NCBI GenBank assembly: GCA_951406725.2
Contig: OX597818.1
Span: 86,924,001-86,988,000, forward strand
Reading direction: 5' to 3'
Source of the DNA: Octopus vulgaris
Taxonomy: Eukaryota
Length of the DNA: 64,000 nt
The notes beneath the pieces were generated by a model. The model had not been told where the DNA came from and did no database searches. It worked only from the letters and a program-made list of their open reading frames with translations. This document shows, piece by piece, positions 1-12,767 of this stretch; within the stretch, counting starts at the first letter, position 1, and the number at the start of each line of letters is the position of its first letter. The position numbers and the translations under genes were made by a program.

Positions 1-54
1 GTGTGTGTGTGTATGTGTGTGTGTGTGTGTGTGTGTGCATGCATGCATGCATGC

Positions 55-88
<34 letters not shown>

Positions 89-139
89 TTGTGTATCTAC
101 ATATATACATGTATGTAAGCATATGCATGTGTGTATGCA

Positions 140-179
<40 letters not shown>

Positions 180-210
180 TATGTGTGCCTATGTATACAC
201 ATACACACGC
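1..210. repeat. Compound (GT)n/(GCAT)n/(AT)n microsatellite
   Basis: Directly visible simple repeats; they generate the VCVC/IYIY ORFs. Confidence 0.95.
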
Positions 211-462
211 ATATGTGCCGGCATGGCTGTGTGGTTAAGAAGTATTCTCCCTAACCATGCGCTTCCAGGTCCCAGAGCATGACACCTTGAGCTTTTACAG
301 AAAGGTGGCCTCACCAAAACGGCTTCCCAAACTCTTGGCTTTTACTTCGGGACCATAAAATTGATCAAGTTTGAATTATTTCATGGCAGTGGTGCCATGC
401 ATTGGGATTGAACCTGAGACCATATGGTTGGAAAGCAAACTTCTTTACTACACAGCCATGCC

Positions 463-607
463 ATGGTAAGAAGCCTGCTTCCCAACCACATGGTTCCGGG
501 TTCAGTCCCACTGCATGGTACCTTGGGCAAGTGTCTTCTACTATAACCTCAGCCCAACCAAAGCTTTGGGAGTGGATTTATTAGATGGAAACTGAAAGAA
601 GACCATC

Positions 608-641
<34 letters not shown>

Positions 642-1015
642 TAGCATAGATAGTGTGTGCCAGCCAGGGCAGCCCTTCCATTTGCCACCCCTTGGACCCC
701 ACAAAAAACACATTGCCTACAGCAGACCCAAAAGACCCAGAGTGGACTGCCCCTAACTAGCTATGCTAGTATATATCTATATATTTATCTAAGTGTGTGT
801 GAACCTGTGTTTGTCCTCCCCACCCATTATCACTTGACAACTATTGTTCATGTGTTTATGTTTCCTGTAACTTAGCGGTTCGGCAAAAGAGATTGATAGA
901 ATAAGTATTGGTTTTTAAAAAAATAAATCCTGGAGTCTATTTGACTAAAACTCAAGCTGGGTGCTCCATCGTGGCCGCAGTCAGATGACTGAAACAAATA
1001 AACAAATAAAAGAAT
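463..1015 (+). mobile_element. tRNA-derived SINE with CORE-like box (family A), interrupted by a microsatellite
   Basis: B-box ggttcagtccc, box accttgggcaagtgtcttc, tail atgactgaaacaaataaa; same layout as the copy at 12768-13154. Confidence 0.8.
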
Positions 1016-1193
1016 CTGTGTGTCTGTGTTGGTTTGTTTATGTCCCCATAACTTATTGGTTTTGCAAAAGAATCCAATGAAATAAGTACCAGGCTTTAAG
1101 AAACAAAAAAGAAAAATGCAAGTGTTAGTGTCAGTTCATATCATAAACCCTTCAAGGTGTTGCCCCAGCACGACCATAGTCCAATGATAAAAA

Positions 1194-1461
1194 CAGGGCT
1201 ATGGATTCGAAACAAAAAACTTTGACTCTGACTCCTCTAATATTTACCCCTCTGACTCCGACTCCTCTTTATGTAACTAAGTGATTGTGATCTACATATC
1301 TCATAAAGCATATGCGTACACTTGTACTTTGAGTAGGCCTATACATTATAACTGGTTTATATTAAAGAATAAATATATTGTAAGTTGGAGTCCGTATAGT
1401 TTTACTGACTCTGACTCCAGCTACTCCTTAATTGTTTCTGACTCCAACTCCCACAGCACTG
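1194..1461. mobile_element. hAT-type MITE with internal gactcc repeats
   Basis: Imperfect TIRs cagggctatgga / ccacagcactg; 8-bp flanks gataaaaa / gattaaaa (7/8), consistent with an 8-bp TSD. Confidence 0.65.
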
Positions 1462-1592
1462 GATTAAAATAACTGAAAGATAAAGACATAAGTAAAATAT
1501 TATTATTATTAACCTGGTGTTAGGAAAGTGAAATGACGGGAAATTTTGAAGAGAAGCTTTTAATCTAGATCACATTAAAAAAGGGAAGTTTA

Positions 1593-2044
1593 TTAACGCT
1601 TTCATTACCAACCCGGCTGAAACTGGCTCTGGTTCTGTAGTACAAATGTCTTGTTTTCATAAGTTTTGAATTAAAATCTTCCACCAAACCTTGTTGTAGA
1701 GCTGAAAAAGAAGTAATTTCTACTCTTCTCCTCTGGAAGCCATCTACTCGCAATACCAGAGGGCGCACACTCTCCTACCCTGATGTAATCTCCAGGGATA
1801 CAAGCATCCAGCAACAGGACCTCCGTAATGCCATGATGGACTGTGAAGTCTGGCGTAGCATGGTAAATTCCATTGTCTCGACCACGGTCGAACAATGATG
1901 ATGATGAAACCTTAGTCACAATTTATGTTCCTAACACTAGCTGAATGATAACTAAGTTATTTTACTAAATTCTTTGTTATATTTAAAATCAATTGAAAGA
2001 AACACAGAGCATCTCAAAATAAATACAGTTAACGAAAGGGTTAA
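1593..2044. mobile_element. piggyBac-like MITE (TTAA-bounded) interrupted by a LINE fragment
   Basis: Begins ttaacgctttc and ends gaaagggttaa; related sequence recurs at about 6586-6715 and 18307-19030. Confidence 0.65.
1693..1906 (+). mobile_element. 5'-truncated RTE-type LINE 3' end
   Basis: My translation: CRAEKEVISTLLLWKPSTRNTRGRTLSYPDVISRDTSIQQQDLRNAMMDCEVWRSMVNSIVSTTVEQ*, which resembles RTE-clade ORF C-termini; (TGA)n tail; exact TSD aaacctt at 1686-1692 and 1907-1913. Confidence 0.8.
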
Positions 2045-2339
2045 ACTAGTGAAGGTTATTTCAGGTATAAAAAAGGTTAAGTTATATAATTGATGCACTT
2101 GTATAAGTAGGAGGACCCTTAAGACTAAATGGTCTTCTTTTCTTCCCTACCTTCTTTTCACCTCATCACTCCTCTCTCTTTTTTGCTTTCATTCCAGACT
2201 CTCTCTCTCTCTCTCTCTCACTCACTCAATTCCTCTTTGTCTTTTACACATACATTTCAGCCCCTTCCTCTCACTCTTAGCCTCTCTCTCTCTCACTTCT
2301 AGATCCCCCTCTCACCCTCTCCTCTCTTAGTCCTCTCTC

Positions 2340-2585
2340 TCCTAGCCCTTCTCTCACTACTAGCCCTTCTCTCTCACTACTAGCCCTTCTCTCTCACTAC
2401 TAGCCCTTCTCTCTCACTCCTAGCCCTTCTCTCTCACTTCTAGCCCTTCTCTCTCCCTCCTAACTTCTCTCCCTCCCTTCTAACCTCTCTCCCTCCCTCC
2501 TAACCTCTCTCCCTCCCTCCTAACCTCTCTACCTCCCTCCTAACCTCTCTCCCTCCCTCCTAGCCTCCCTCCCTCCTAGCCCCTC
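2340..2585. repeat. Pyrimidine-rich minisatellite, about 20-bp unit (tagcccttctctctcactac)
   Basis: Tandem copies drifting to taacctctctccctccctcc. Confidence 0.9.
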
Positions 2586-2667
2586 TCTCTTGCTCTTACC
2601 TCCTCTCCTATTCATCTCCATCTGTCATTCTACATCAATCCATTTACACACACACACACACACACAA

Positions 2668-2995
2668 CTGGTATTCTGTCAATTACAACAACGAGGGTTC
2701 CAGTTGATCCGATCAGCAGAACAGCTTGCTCCTGAAATTAACATGCAAGTGGCTGAGCACTCCACAGACACGTGTGTATTCTTAATGCATTTATCAAGGA
2801 GAATCAGCATGACATATAATGGGACAAGGTTGGCTCTTTGACATACAGGTAAAGCTCATTTTTGCCAGCTGAGTAGACACTGGAGCAACATGAGATAAAG
2901 TGTCTTGCTCAAGGTCACGATGCACTGCCAGGAATTGAACTCATGACCTTACATTTGTGAGCTGAGTATCCTAACCACTAAGCCTCATGCCTTCA
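2668..2995 (-). mobile_element. tRNA-derived SINE, family E (tail containing gtggagtgctcagccacttgc)
   Basis: Reverse complement matches the copies at 40968-41290 and 60388-60715. Confidence 0.8.
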
Positions 2996-3237
2996 CACAC
3001 ACACAGTCTAATTTATCAGACATCGGTTGCATGACCACTGCTTGACTTTCTCTGTTGTATATTTTTTCAATTTTCAAGACAGCTGGACAGAGCCATCATC
3101 ATCATCATCATCATGGGGTGATAAAGAAAAGATTTAAGAATTAACTAAATAATCCTGATTGATTGCATTTTTTAAAACAACAACAACAACAACAACAACA
3201 ACAAAAAAAACAAAGCAAAAAATTCCAAGTGTTAGTG

Positions 3238-3653
3238 CAGTGGTTCCCAACCTGGGGTCTGTGAACTCCTGGTGATCTGCAAAGGTAGTACTGGGGGTCT
3301 GAACTAAATTCAAAATTTCATATGTATATATGTAAATATATGTATGTATATATATCATCATCATCATATGTCCGCTTTCCATGCTAGCATGGGTTGGACA
3401 ATTTGACTGAGGTCTGGCAAACCAGACTCCAATCTGATCTGGATGCTCTTCCTAACACCAACCACTCCGAGAGTGTAGTGGATGCTTTTACGTGCCACCA
3501 GCACAAGGGCCAGTTTGGTGGTACTGGTAACGGCCACACCCAAATGGTGCTTTTTACGTGCCACCTGCACAGGAGCCAGTTCAGCGGCACTGGCGACGAT
3601 CTCGCTCGAATATTTCACATGCCACCAGCACAAGTGCTAGTAAGGCGACGCGG

Positions 3654-3702
<49 letters not shown>

Positions 3703-3786
3703 ACAAGCACATTAAAAGAGGTCCATGGGAAATCTCATTTAAATAAAAGGGGTTGGGAACCACTGTGAAAAGATTGAGGAACACTG
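3238..3786. mobile_element. hAT/Charlie-like MITE containing a nested SINE
   Basis: TIR cagtggttcccaacc / ggttgggaaccactg (ends 3765), plus a second degenerate right end at 3786 followed by tgttcgtg, matching the left flank tgttagtg. Confidence 0.7.
3355..3655 (-). mobile_element. (GAT)n-tailed SINE-like retroposon (family D)
   Basis: catcatcat...gtccgctttccatgctagcatgggttggac...ggatgcccttcctaa motif; other copies near 7057, 17200, 19040, 22668 and, on the plus strand, 23020 and 54440. Confidence 0.75.
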
Positions 3787-4177
3787 TGTTCGTGTGTGCA
3801 TGGTACATCATTCTTAATTGCCAGCAATGTAACAAGAGCTTGGCAATAACAGCTAGCATTTTCCTTCTGATCCACATAGTAATTCTGAAAGAAATCCCAC
3901 CAGCCCACCCCTTTCTGCCGTCTTAACAAGTATTTATTATATACTAGAATTTCAGATATGTGTCTATCTGTCAAATGATTTTATCTGAGACGGTGTGTTG
4001 AAACTAAAACAATTGCAGCATAGAAGACACAAGTTGGCCGTTGAAAAACACAAAAAAACAGTCAACTTCACTTAGAAATTTATTATTTAGTGTCAAAACT
4101 TATGTCTCACCAGCTGTGACATGGTTATTGAGAAGTTGGAACCAAATAACAAATGTTTAACACTTTAGCATTTAAGC

Positions 4178-4510
4178 AGTCATGGCTCAGTGGTTACAGC
4201 GTTGAGCTTACGATCGTGAGGTTGTGAGCTTGAATCCCAGACCGGGTTGTGTGTTGTGTTCTTGAGCAAGACACTTTATTTCACGTTACTCCAGTTTACT
4301 CAGCTGTAGAAATGAGTTGCGATGTCACAGGTGCCAAGGTGTATCAGCCTTTGCCTTTCCCTTGGATAACATTGGTGGCATGGAGAGGAGAGGCCAGTAT
4401 GCATGGGCGGACTGCTGGTCTTCCATAAACAACCTTGCCCGGACTTGTGCCTGGGAGGGTAATTTTCTAGGTGCAGTCCCATGGTCAGTGTTATGACCGA
4501 AGGGGGTCTC
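4178..4510 (+). mobile_element. tRNA-derived SINE with CORE-like box and a third tail type
   Basis: A-box tggctcagtgg, B-box-like gcttgaatccc, ttgtgttcttgagcaagacactttatttcac shared with families C and E, followed by a different 3' half. Confidence 0.75.
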
Positions 4511-4514
4511 AGGA

Positions 4515-5093
4515 TATTCTAAAATGTTCTCTGTTCAAACCAGCCAGATTTGGTCTTTTACACTTAACCCACAATGTCATCCAGAAACAAATAATCACAT
4601 CCTTACATGACTCATTCTAAACTATGCAAATATATAAGTATTACAGTTGAATAAGTAATCTGAATGCTAAAAACTTAAACTGGCCAAATCTGGCTCAGAT
4701 ATATTTCCTGTTTTATGTTCAAACCACTCAAGTCTGGCCTTTCACACCTACCCTACCATGTCATTTTAGAAATGATTAATCACATCACAGAAATATTGAA
4801 GCTAGGAAATAATGCATGAGTAATTCCAAACAATGTGAATAAATAAGCATTATGTTTAACAGTATAACCTGAATGCTACAGAGTTAAACTGGCCATATCC
4901 GGTTCAAGTATTCTAGCCATTTTATGTTCAAACCAACCAGATCTGGCCTTTCATACTTACCCTGCTATGTCATCTTGAAAATAAGCAATCACTTTATAGA
5001 AATCTTGAAGCTGTGAAATAATGTATATTTAATTCAAAAGAATACAAGTAAATAAATATTGCATTGGACAAAATAATCTGAAAGCTAAAGGTT
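4515..5093. repeat. Tandem trimer of a roughly 205-bp piggyBac-like MITE
   Basis: Three units each ending ctgaa(t/a)gcta.. (two end in ttaa); the left end ttaacactttagcatttaa at 4157 is separated by the SINE; single copies at 13585-13813 (reverse) and 26280-26515. Confidence 0.7.
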
Positions 5094-5140
5094 TGAGTGA
5101 AATTAAGTCTCTGTATATTTTGAATGACTAATTAGGTACC

Positions 5141-5371
5141 TATTTCTTTACTGCACACAAGGGGCTAAACACAGAAGGGACAAACAAGGACAAATGGATT
5201 AAGTCGATTATATCAACCCCCGTGTGTAACTGGTACTTATTTAATCGACCCCGAAAGGATGAAAGGCAAAGTCGACCTCGGCAGAATTTGAACTCAGAAC
5301 GTAGCAGCAGACGAAATACTGCTAAGCATTTCGCCATGCATGCTAACGTTTCTGCCAGCTCGCTGCCTTCA
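5141..5371 (-). mobile_element. tRNA-derived SINE with Meta-like domain (family B), full length
   Basis: Reverse strand has gagttcaaattc (B-box) and gaggtcgactttgcctttcatcctttcggggtcga; TSD taattaggtacc at 5129-5140 and 5372-5383. Confidence 0.85.
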
Positions 5372-5725
5372 TAATTAGGTACCATCTACACAAGTTAGTT
5401 TATTATATACCCATTTCTGCAGTCTCTGTGGTGTGTGGTAAGTTTCTTGTAGTTTCTCTCTGCACAGTGAGGGGATAAGAAAACAACCCGCACTACTACT
5501 GTCACTTATTTGCTAGAAATACCAGCTGAATATTGCTGATGTTGCATTTCTGCTGTCTTAAAAGAAAGAAAGAAAAAAAGTTGGAGGTATGTTAGTTGAG
5601 AGTTCTTGGGTTACTTGCATGTCAAATATGGGATAGGGTGGTCATGACTAGAAGTGTTTGGTCATATATCTACTTAGCCAGAACTGGCTTAGAGCTAAAC
5701 AACAGCTGCAACAACAACAACAACA

Positions 5726-5767
<42 letters not shown>

Positions 5768-7056
5768 GAATGTCAACTTTCTAGCTGCCCCTGACTGCAG
5801 CTGGTCTCTCTGTCCGTCTGTCTGTCTGTCTCTCTCCGAATGACAGTAAACCATTCCGAAATGATTTATGGCAATTCCAGGGAAATCTTTTGTATTTTCC
5901 AATATTTTTATTTTTTTGTCTCTTTAGAAATAAACTTAATAAACTAACATTGGGTATAATGAATAACAATTTGAGACAGAAAACAACTACATGGAGGCAG
6001 GCTCCAGAGTCGGTTTGGTGTTGGGACTAGAGTCATTTATTTACTCTTTTTAACTGATTGCATTGTGGAGTACCACAACCACCACCACTACAACTGTTGT
6101 ATTAACAGCTACTTTATTTTGCTTCTATGGGTTGAAATTCATTGAGGCAGATTCCCTGCAGTTGGATGCCCTTCCTGTTGCTAACCCTCTCTTGTTTCCA
6201 AGCAAGGTTATATTTCTGTATGGCCATGTATGTTTCCATGGAAAATTGGAAACACAAATAATACTGTTTCATAACAGTGATACTGATTTAAAAGATGTAA
6301 TGTCAAGACAATGCAACACAATGACTCACACATACACTCACGTATGTGGCACCATGTATATATATATGTGTGTGTGTGTTGTGTATCTTTGTTTGTCCCC
6401 CCCCCTAACATCGCTTGACAACCAATGCTTAGGTCCCCGTAACTTAGCGGTTTGGCAAAAAGAGACCGACAGAATAAATACTAGGCTTACAAAGAATAAA
6501 TCCTGGAGTCGATTTGATTCGACTAAAGGCAGTGCTCCAGCATGGCCGCAGTCAAATGACTGAAACAAGTAAAGAAAGAAAGAACGTTAATGTATGCTTC
6601 AAACACCAGTTTAACAACAACAAAATCATTTTACTAAATTCTTCTTAATTTAAAACATTTGTAGCTCTGTAGAATTATGGTCACAAAGGGGTTCATTTTC
6701 AAAGAAAAAAGCTTGGTAACAAGTCAAATAGGTTCTTTTTCTGGTTTTTAAATTAACCTCAGGAAGAGAACCAGACTTTAAAACCAACGTTAGGATTAAA
6801 GTATGTATGAATAGTTATGACACAGTAGATCTGGTAACACTGTATGACCCAGTTACTTTGATGATGTAAATGTTTCACAGCTCAGTCCACTTTGATCCAA
6901 TCATTAACTTCCCTTTTTATGTATATATATGTATATATATATATGTGTATAACTGTAAAAAAGAAATCTGTCTTGATAAATTCTAACTCATTCAAGCATG
7001 AAAAAGTGGATGTTAAAATGAATAGAGTGTATGTATATTTGTGTGTGTACGTGTGA

Positions 7057-7440
7057 TCATCATCATCATCATTTAACGTCTGTTCTCTATGCTGGCATGG
7101 GTTGAGTGGTTTGACGGGAGTTGACCAGCTGGGCCCCATTTTGTCTGTTTTGGCACGGTTTCTCCAGCTGGATGCCCTTCCTAACACCAACCACTTTACA
7201 GTGTGTGTGTCGTGTGCTTTTAATGTGGTACTGGCACATGTGCTCTTACCTGGCACCGACACAGGTGCTTCTACGTGGCACCAGCTCGGGCACTCTTACC
7301 TGATACTGGCATGGGTATTTTTACATGGCACCAGCATGAGTGCTTTTACGTGGCACCGACACGGGTGCTTTTATGTGGCACCAGCATGAGCACCTGTAAT
7401 GAGGCACCGGCACATGTGCTTTTAATTGGCACAAGCTTCC
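7057..7440 (-). mobile_element. Family D retroposon with an internal 27-28-bp tandem array
   Basis: (CAT)n start, then repeats of gtgcttttacgtggcacc(a/g)gcac. Confidence 0.75.
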
Positions 7441-7514
7441 ATGAGTCCACAAAAACTAGGATCTTTCAGCTGAAAGAGGGTCATAGAGGACATTCCTATA
7501 TGTACAGACAGCCA

Positions 7515-8090
7515 AGGGGTATGGTTGTGTGGTAAGCAGTTTGCTTCCCAAATTCATGGTTTCTTGTTCAGTCCCTCTGTGTGGGACCTTAGGCAAATCT
7601 TTTCTACAATAGCTCTGGGCTGACCAAAGTCTATATTAGGCAGCGAGCTGGCAGAAACATTAGCACACTGGTCAAAATGCTTAGCGGTATTTCATCTGTC
7701 TTTACATTCTGAGTTCAAATCCCGCTGAGGTTGACTTTGCCTATCATCCTTTCAGGGTCGATAAATTAAGTACCAGTTGTGTACTGGGGTCGATCTAATT
7801 GACTTGCCCCCTCTCCCAAAATTTCTGGTCTTGTGCCTAGAGTAGAAAAGTATATATGATGTCTATGTGTGTGTGTCTTTGTCTGTAATTTCCCCCATCC
7901 ACTGCTTGACAACTGGTATTGGTGTGTTATGTCCTCATAACTTAGTGGTTCAGCAAAAGAGACCGATAGAATAAGTACCAGTTGTTTAAAAAAGTAAGTA
8001 CTGGAGTCGATTCATTTTACCAAAATTTTCTAAGGCAGTGTTGCAGCATGGCCACAGTCCAATGACTGAAACGAATAAAAGATAAAAGAT
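7515..8090 (+). mobile_element. Family A SINE with a family B SINE nested at about 7638-7850
   Basis: Family A head, then ggcagcgagctggcagaa...agtagaaaag, then the family A tail resumes. Confidence 0.75.
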
Positions 8091-8519
8091 TGGAGTGCCT
8101 TGAACCTGCGGACTCTCTGTCAAACGGTCCCACCCATGCCAGCATGGAAGATACACTTTAAATGATGATTATGATGATGTAGCTTGATAAGATATTTTGA
8201 TGTGAGGTCGGGTCCTCAAGGCAGGGTTGCTGGTTTGAACTCGCAGTTAAGGCTGCCACTTACTAACTCACAATGTAAAAAAGCTGGAACGAATACCACA
8301 AGGCATTTCATCCGATGTTTTAACAATTCTGTCAGTCTGCTGCTCCAGGTTGTTTGGTGCTGTATTTTATCAACCTTGAAAGAATGGCTAAAAGGTAAAG
8401 TTGGTATTTGAACTCGGAACGTATGGAGCCGGAACAAATGCAGCATAGCATTCCATCCCACGCTTAAGTGACTCTCTTGGTTTGTTACCTCAGCAGTTTG
8501 TAGAGTACAGGTAGTAGCT

Positions 8520-8751
8520 ATAATGTGTGTATGTGTGTATATATGATGTACATGTGTGTGTGTATGAGTGTGTGCGTGTGTGTATAGATATGCATGTGTG
8601 TGTGTATAGATATGTGTATGTGTATAGATATGTATGTGTATAGATATGTGTGTGTGTATAGATAAGTATGTGTGTGTATATGTGTGTAGCAGCTATAGTA
8701 TAGATAAATATATACATGAAGTAGTTGTGGAAGCAGCCATGGTGTATATTT

Positions 8752-8788
<37 letters not shown>

Positions 8789-9250
8789 CAGCAACAGCAA
8801 CAACAGCTATAGTAACTGTGTGTGTAGTAGCAATAGTAGTAGTACCAGCCATAGTTATCGTGTAGTAATAGTAGTAGCAGTAGCTGTAGTATATCTGTGT
8901 GTGTATGTAGTATTAGCAGCAGCTGCTATAGTATATAAGTATGTGTAGTAGTTGTAGTAGTAGTAGTAGTAGTTGTGGTGGTGGTGGCGGTATCAGAAGC
9001 TATAGAATATATAGTATGTGTAGTAGTAGTAGTAGTAGAAGTAGTAGTGGTGGTGGTATCAGAAGCTATAAAATATATAGTGTGTAATAGTTGTAGTAGA
9101 GGGTGGTGGCAGTATCAGAAGCTATAGAATATATAGTATGTGTAGTAGTGGTGGTGGTGGTATCAGAAGCTATAGAATATATAGTATGTGTAATAGTAGT
9201 ATGTGGTGGTGGTGGTATCAGAAGCTATAGAATATATAGTATGTGTAATA
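8520..9250. repeat. (GT)n/(AGT)n microsatellite field with a minisatellite (gtggtatcagaagctatagaatatatagtatgtg)
   Basis: Five visible copies of the unit between 8985 and 9250. Confidence 0.9.
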
Positions 9251-9429
9251 GTGAGCTTTCAGCCACAGCTGTGTGTGTTCCAGAGCATGAAATAATAACT
9301 GATGTGCAGTGTAGTGTGTCCTCGACAGCTATGTGTCTTTTTCTTTTTACATCAGTGATATTGTAAGACTAATAAACTATCAGCTGTTGTGGTGGAGGTG
9401 GTGGTGGTAGGAGATGGGGAGATGTGGTA

Positions 9430-9642
9430 GAGAGAGAGAGAAAGAGAGAAATGAGGTAAGTGGGACATAAGGAAAGACATACTGTCATAGAAAGAAAGAG
9501 GGGAAAGAGAGAGGGAAAGAGGTGTGGTGTATGTTACTCAGAAAGAGAGAGAGAGAGAAGAGGTGTATGTTAGACTTGAAGAGAGACTTTATGATATATA
9601 GATAGATTGATAGATAGGGAGGGAGGGAGATGTGTATGTTAG

Positions 9643-9684
<42 letters not shown>

Positions 9685-9811
9685 TGTATGTTAGACTCAG
9701 AGAGAGATAGACTTTATGGTATATAGATAAATAAGTAGGGAGAGTGGGAGATATATATGTTAGGCTCAGAGAAAGAGAGATAGTTAATGTTATAGAGAGA
9801 GAAAAAGTGAA

Positions 9812-9855
<44 letters not shown>

Positions 9856-10021
9856 CTCAGAGAAAGAGTGATAGACAGTTAATGAGGTAAAGAGAAAGAT
9901 GTGGACATTGATTTCATACATAGAGAGAGAGAAAGAGAGAATTGGACACAAATAATGAAGTGAAAGAGAAACTGTAAGGTAGATTGTGTATAATAGACAG
10001 ATAGAAAAATAGATTTATAGC

Positions 10022-10071
<50 letters not shown>

Positions 10072-10352
10072 AATAGATATATAGGTAGATAAATAGAGAG
10101 AGAGAGAAATAGATATATAGATAGATAGAGAGAGAAATAGATATATAGATAGAGAGAGAGAAATAGATATATAGATAGATAGAGAGAAATAGATATATAT
10201 ATAGGTAGATAGATAGAGAGAAATAGATATATAGATAGATAGAGAGAAATAGATATATATATAGGTAGATAGAGAGAGAGAAATAGATATATAGATAGAT
10301 AGATAGAGAGAAATAGATATATAGATAGAGAGAGAGAGAGAGAGAGAAATAG

Positions 10353-10389
<37 letters not shown>

Positions 10390-10630
10390 AATAGATATAT
10401 AGATAGATAAATAGAGAGAGAGAGAGAAATAGATATATAGATAGATAGAGAGAGAAATAGATATATAGATAGATAGAGAGAGAAATAGATATATAGATAG
10501 ATAGATAGAGAGAGAGAGAGAGAAATAGATATATAGATAGACAGTGAGAGAAATAGATATATAGATAGATAGATAGAGAGAGAAATAGATAGATAAATTT
10601 ATGGATAGTTAGATAGAGAGAAATAGATAC
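9430..10630. repeat. Purine-rich (AG)n/(AGAT)n compound satellite
   Basis: Directly visible; higher-order unit gagagaaatagatatatagatagata. Confidence 0.9.
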
Positions 10631-11444
10631 AGAAATTGTGAGAGGTTGGGAACTAGTGAAATGTAATGTTGTTGTTAGCCATTATTGAGAAAATCTGTGA
10701 TCAAAGGCATTCCAGCTTTGGCCAATGAAACAGCTTCTATGTAGTCACTTGACCTAACAGAAATAGTACCTGTCATTTACAAATAAATGACACACACATT
10801 GGACACTAGTCATAGGTTATAGTCATGGCTGGGATGCCTTTGATCATAGGTCTGTTCAGTGACATGATGTCACCTGGAGTTAAAAACAATGGTATTTTAG
10901 TAGTTATTGCGGACCTCTGTTTTTTTTTGTATTGTGTCTATTCTCTGTCAGTCTTGCTGATGAGTGTTCAATTATTTTAGATAAGTGAATTCCTACTCAG
11001 GAAATTAATTTTTGAGTAGCTGAGTCCTCAATACCCAGACCTTTAATTCTTAACTTTCTGCTGAAAATTTTTCTAGTCAAAAGCCCAGTCTTGTAATAAT
11101 TCTATTGCAGAACAAAGTCAGTGATAGACGAAAGGATAAAAGTTTGCTCTCCATTATATTTACAGACTAGTTCTCTTTTTTCCACAATAAATGGAAACAA
11201 CATTAGTATAATTCTTGTGATATCATGCATTTCAAGATTGGCTGACTTGATGCATTTCTGCCTGGTACTGTGTCTAACAGGAAGTTAAGAATTAATGCAA
11301 TTTCAAGGTGAATTAATGTGATACAGTGTAACAAGGCTGGGCCTTTGAAGTACACCTTTCTCTGGATTGCGTCGTTGAATATGGGTGCAAACCTGTAAAA
11401 GAGAGAAAAGACATTGAACACTAGGAGTGGTCTGGTATTTAATT

Positions 11445-11650
11445 CTTTTCTACTCTAGGTACAAGGCCCGACATTTTTGGTGGGACAGTCGATTAGATTG
11501 ACCCCAGTATGCAACTGGTACTTAATTTATCAACCTTGGAAAGATGAAAGACAAAGTTGACCTTGGCGGAATTTGGACTCAGAATGTAAAGACAGATGAA
11601 ATACTGCTAAGCAATGTGCCTGGTGTGCTAACATTTCTGCCAGCTCGCCA
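11445..11650 (-). mobile_element. Family B (Meta-like) SINE, CpG-decayed
   Basis: Similar to 5141-5371 with many CG>TG/CA changes. Confidence 0.75.
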
Positions 11651-12640
11651 TCTGGTATTTTATTGATCCCAAAAAGACAAAAGCAAAGTTACTCTCAATA
11701 AGTTCAAATCCCACTACGTTGATAAAATAAAGTGCTTAATCAAGTACTGATGTCAATGTGACATTCCTATAAAGGTGTGAATGGAATTGTTAGCCCTTTA
11801 GTATTTACATTATTCTGTTGTTGGCATGGCTGTGTGGTAAGAAGTTTGATTTCCCAATTACATGGTCTTGGGTTCAGTCCCACTGTGTGGCACCTTGGGC
11901 AAGTGCTTTCTACTATAGCCCCAATTCAACCAAAGCCTTGCAAGTGGACTTGGTTAGCAGAAACTAAAAGAAGCCTGTCGAGTGTATGTGTGTGTGTGTT
12001 GTTGTTTTGCAGTATTCCATCTGTGTTTATGTTCTGAGTTCAAATTCTGCCAAGGTCGACTTTGCCTTTCATGCTTTCAGGACCAATAAAATAAGTACCA
12101 GTTGAACATTTGGGGTTGATGTAATTGACTAGCACCCATCCCCAAATATTGTTGGCCTTGTGTCAAAATTTGAAACCAGCATTATGACACAATTATTAAA
12201 CTATGATTTGCTTATTTTTAAAGAATAGGACAGGATATTCTATCCAATTCTTCCAGTTTGTCAACTTCTTTTTTTAAGTCTAAGACTACATCATCCAGTA
12301 TGGCCTTGTTTTAAAATTGTACAGCATTATCTAAATAAACCTGAGAGCCATCTCTTTTGTCCTTTGACTCAATCAACTGAAACAATGGAGCAGGTTTGTC
12401 AGACACTCATCTTGTAAATTAGTCAACTCTTTATGGTCATATTCACTTTTTCTGTTGCAAAAAAAAAAAAAAGTTGTATCCAGGGAAACTAGTGATGTTC
12501 TGTGTCTGCCGAAAGTATTGTAGATTGGTGAAACATTGGCATAAATTCTAGGCTTGTCATCATTTATGCAATATCAAAATTTTGGTTGTGATTAAAATAA
12601 TGCTATGATCATATTGATACTGTGGGGGTTTTGAATATAA

Positions 12641-12760
12641 AATTACAGCCTTATTGCATTGAAAGCACTGGTTCTCTTCCGATCACTGGAGTTGAGCAAC
12701 ATCAAGCCTAGTTAGTACTTAGATGGGTAACCGCTTGGGAAACCTAAGTGCTGTAAGCAT
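12641..12760 (+). pseudogene. 5S rRNA pseudogene
   Basis: About 120 nt colinear with 5S rRNA (ttgaaagcactggttctcttccgatcactggagttgagcaac...agttagtacttagatgggtaaccgcttgggaa...gtgctgtaagc); CpG-type substitutions, solitary, no oligo-T terminator. Confidence 0.88.
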
Positions 12761-12767
12761 CACAAAA

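Noticed and set aside
655-765. Short GC-richer insert with imperfect inverted ends (agggcagccc / ggactgcccct)
   Set aside because: Possibly a tiny MITE, but the ends and TSD are too degenerate to call.
7215-7430. Regularly spaced 27-28-bp repeats superficially like a CRISPR array
   Set aside because: No unique spacers, eukaryotic context, no cas genes; it is the internal tandem repeat of family D retroposons.
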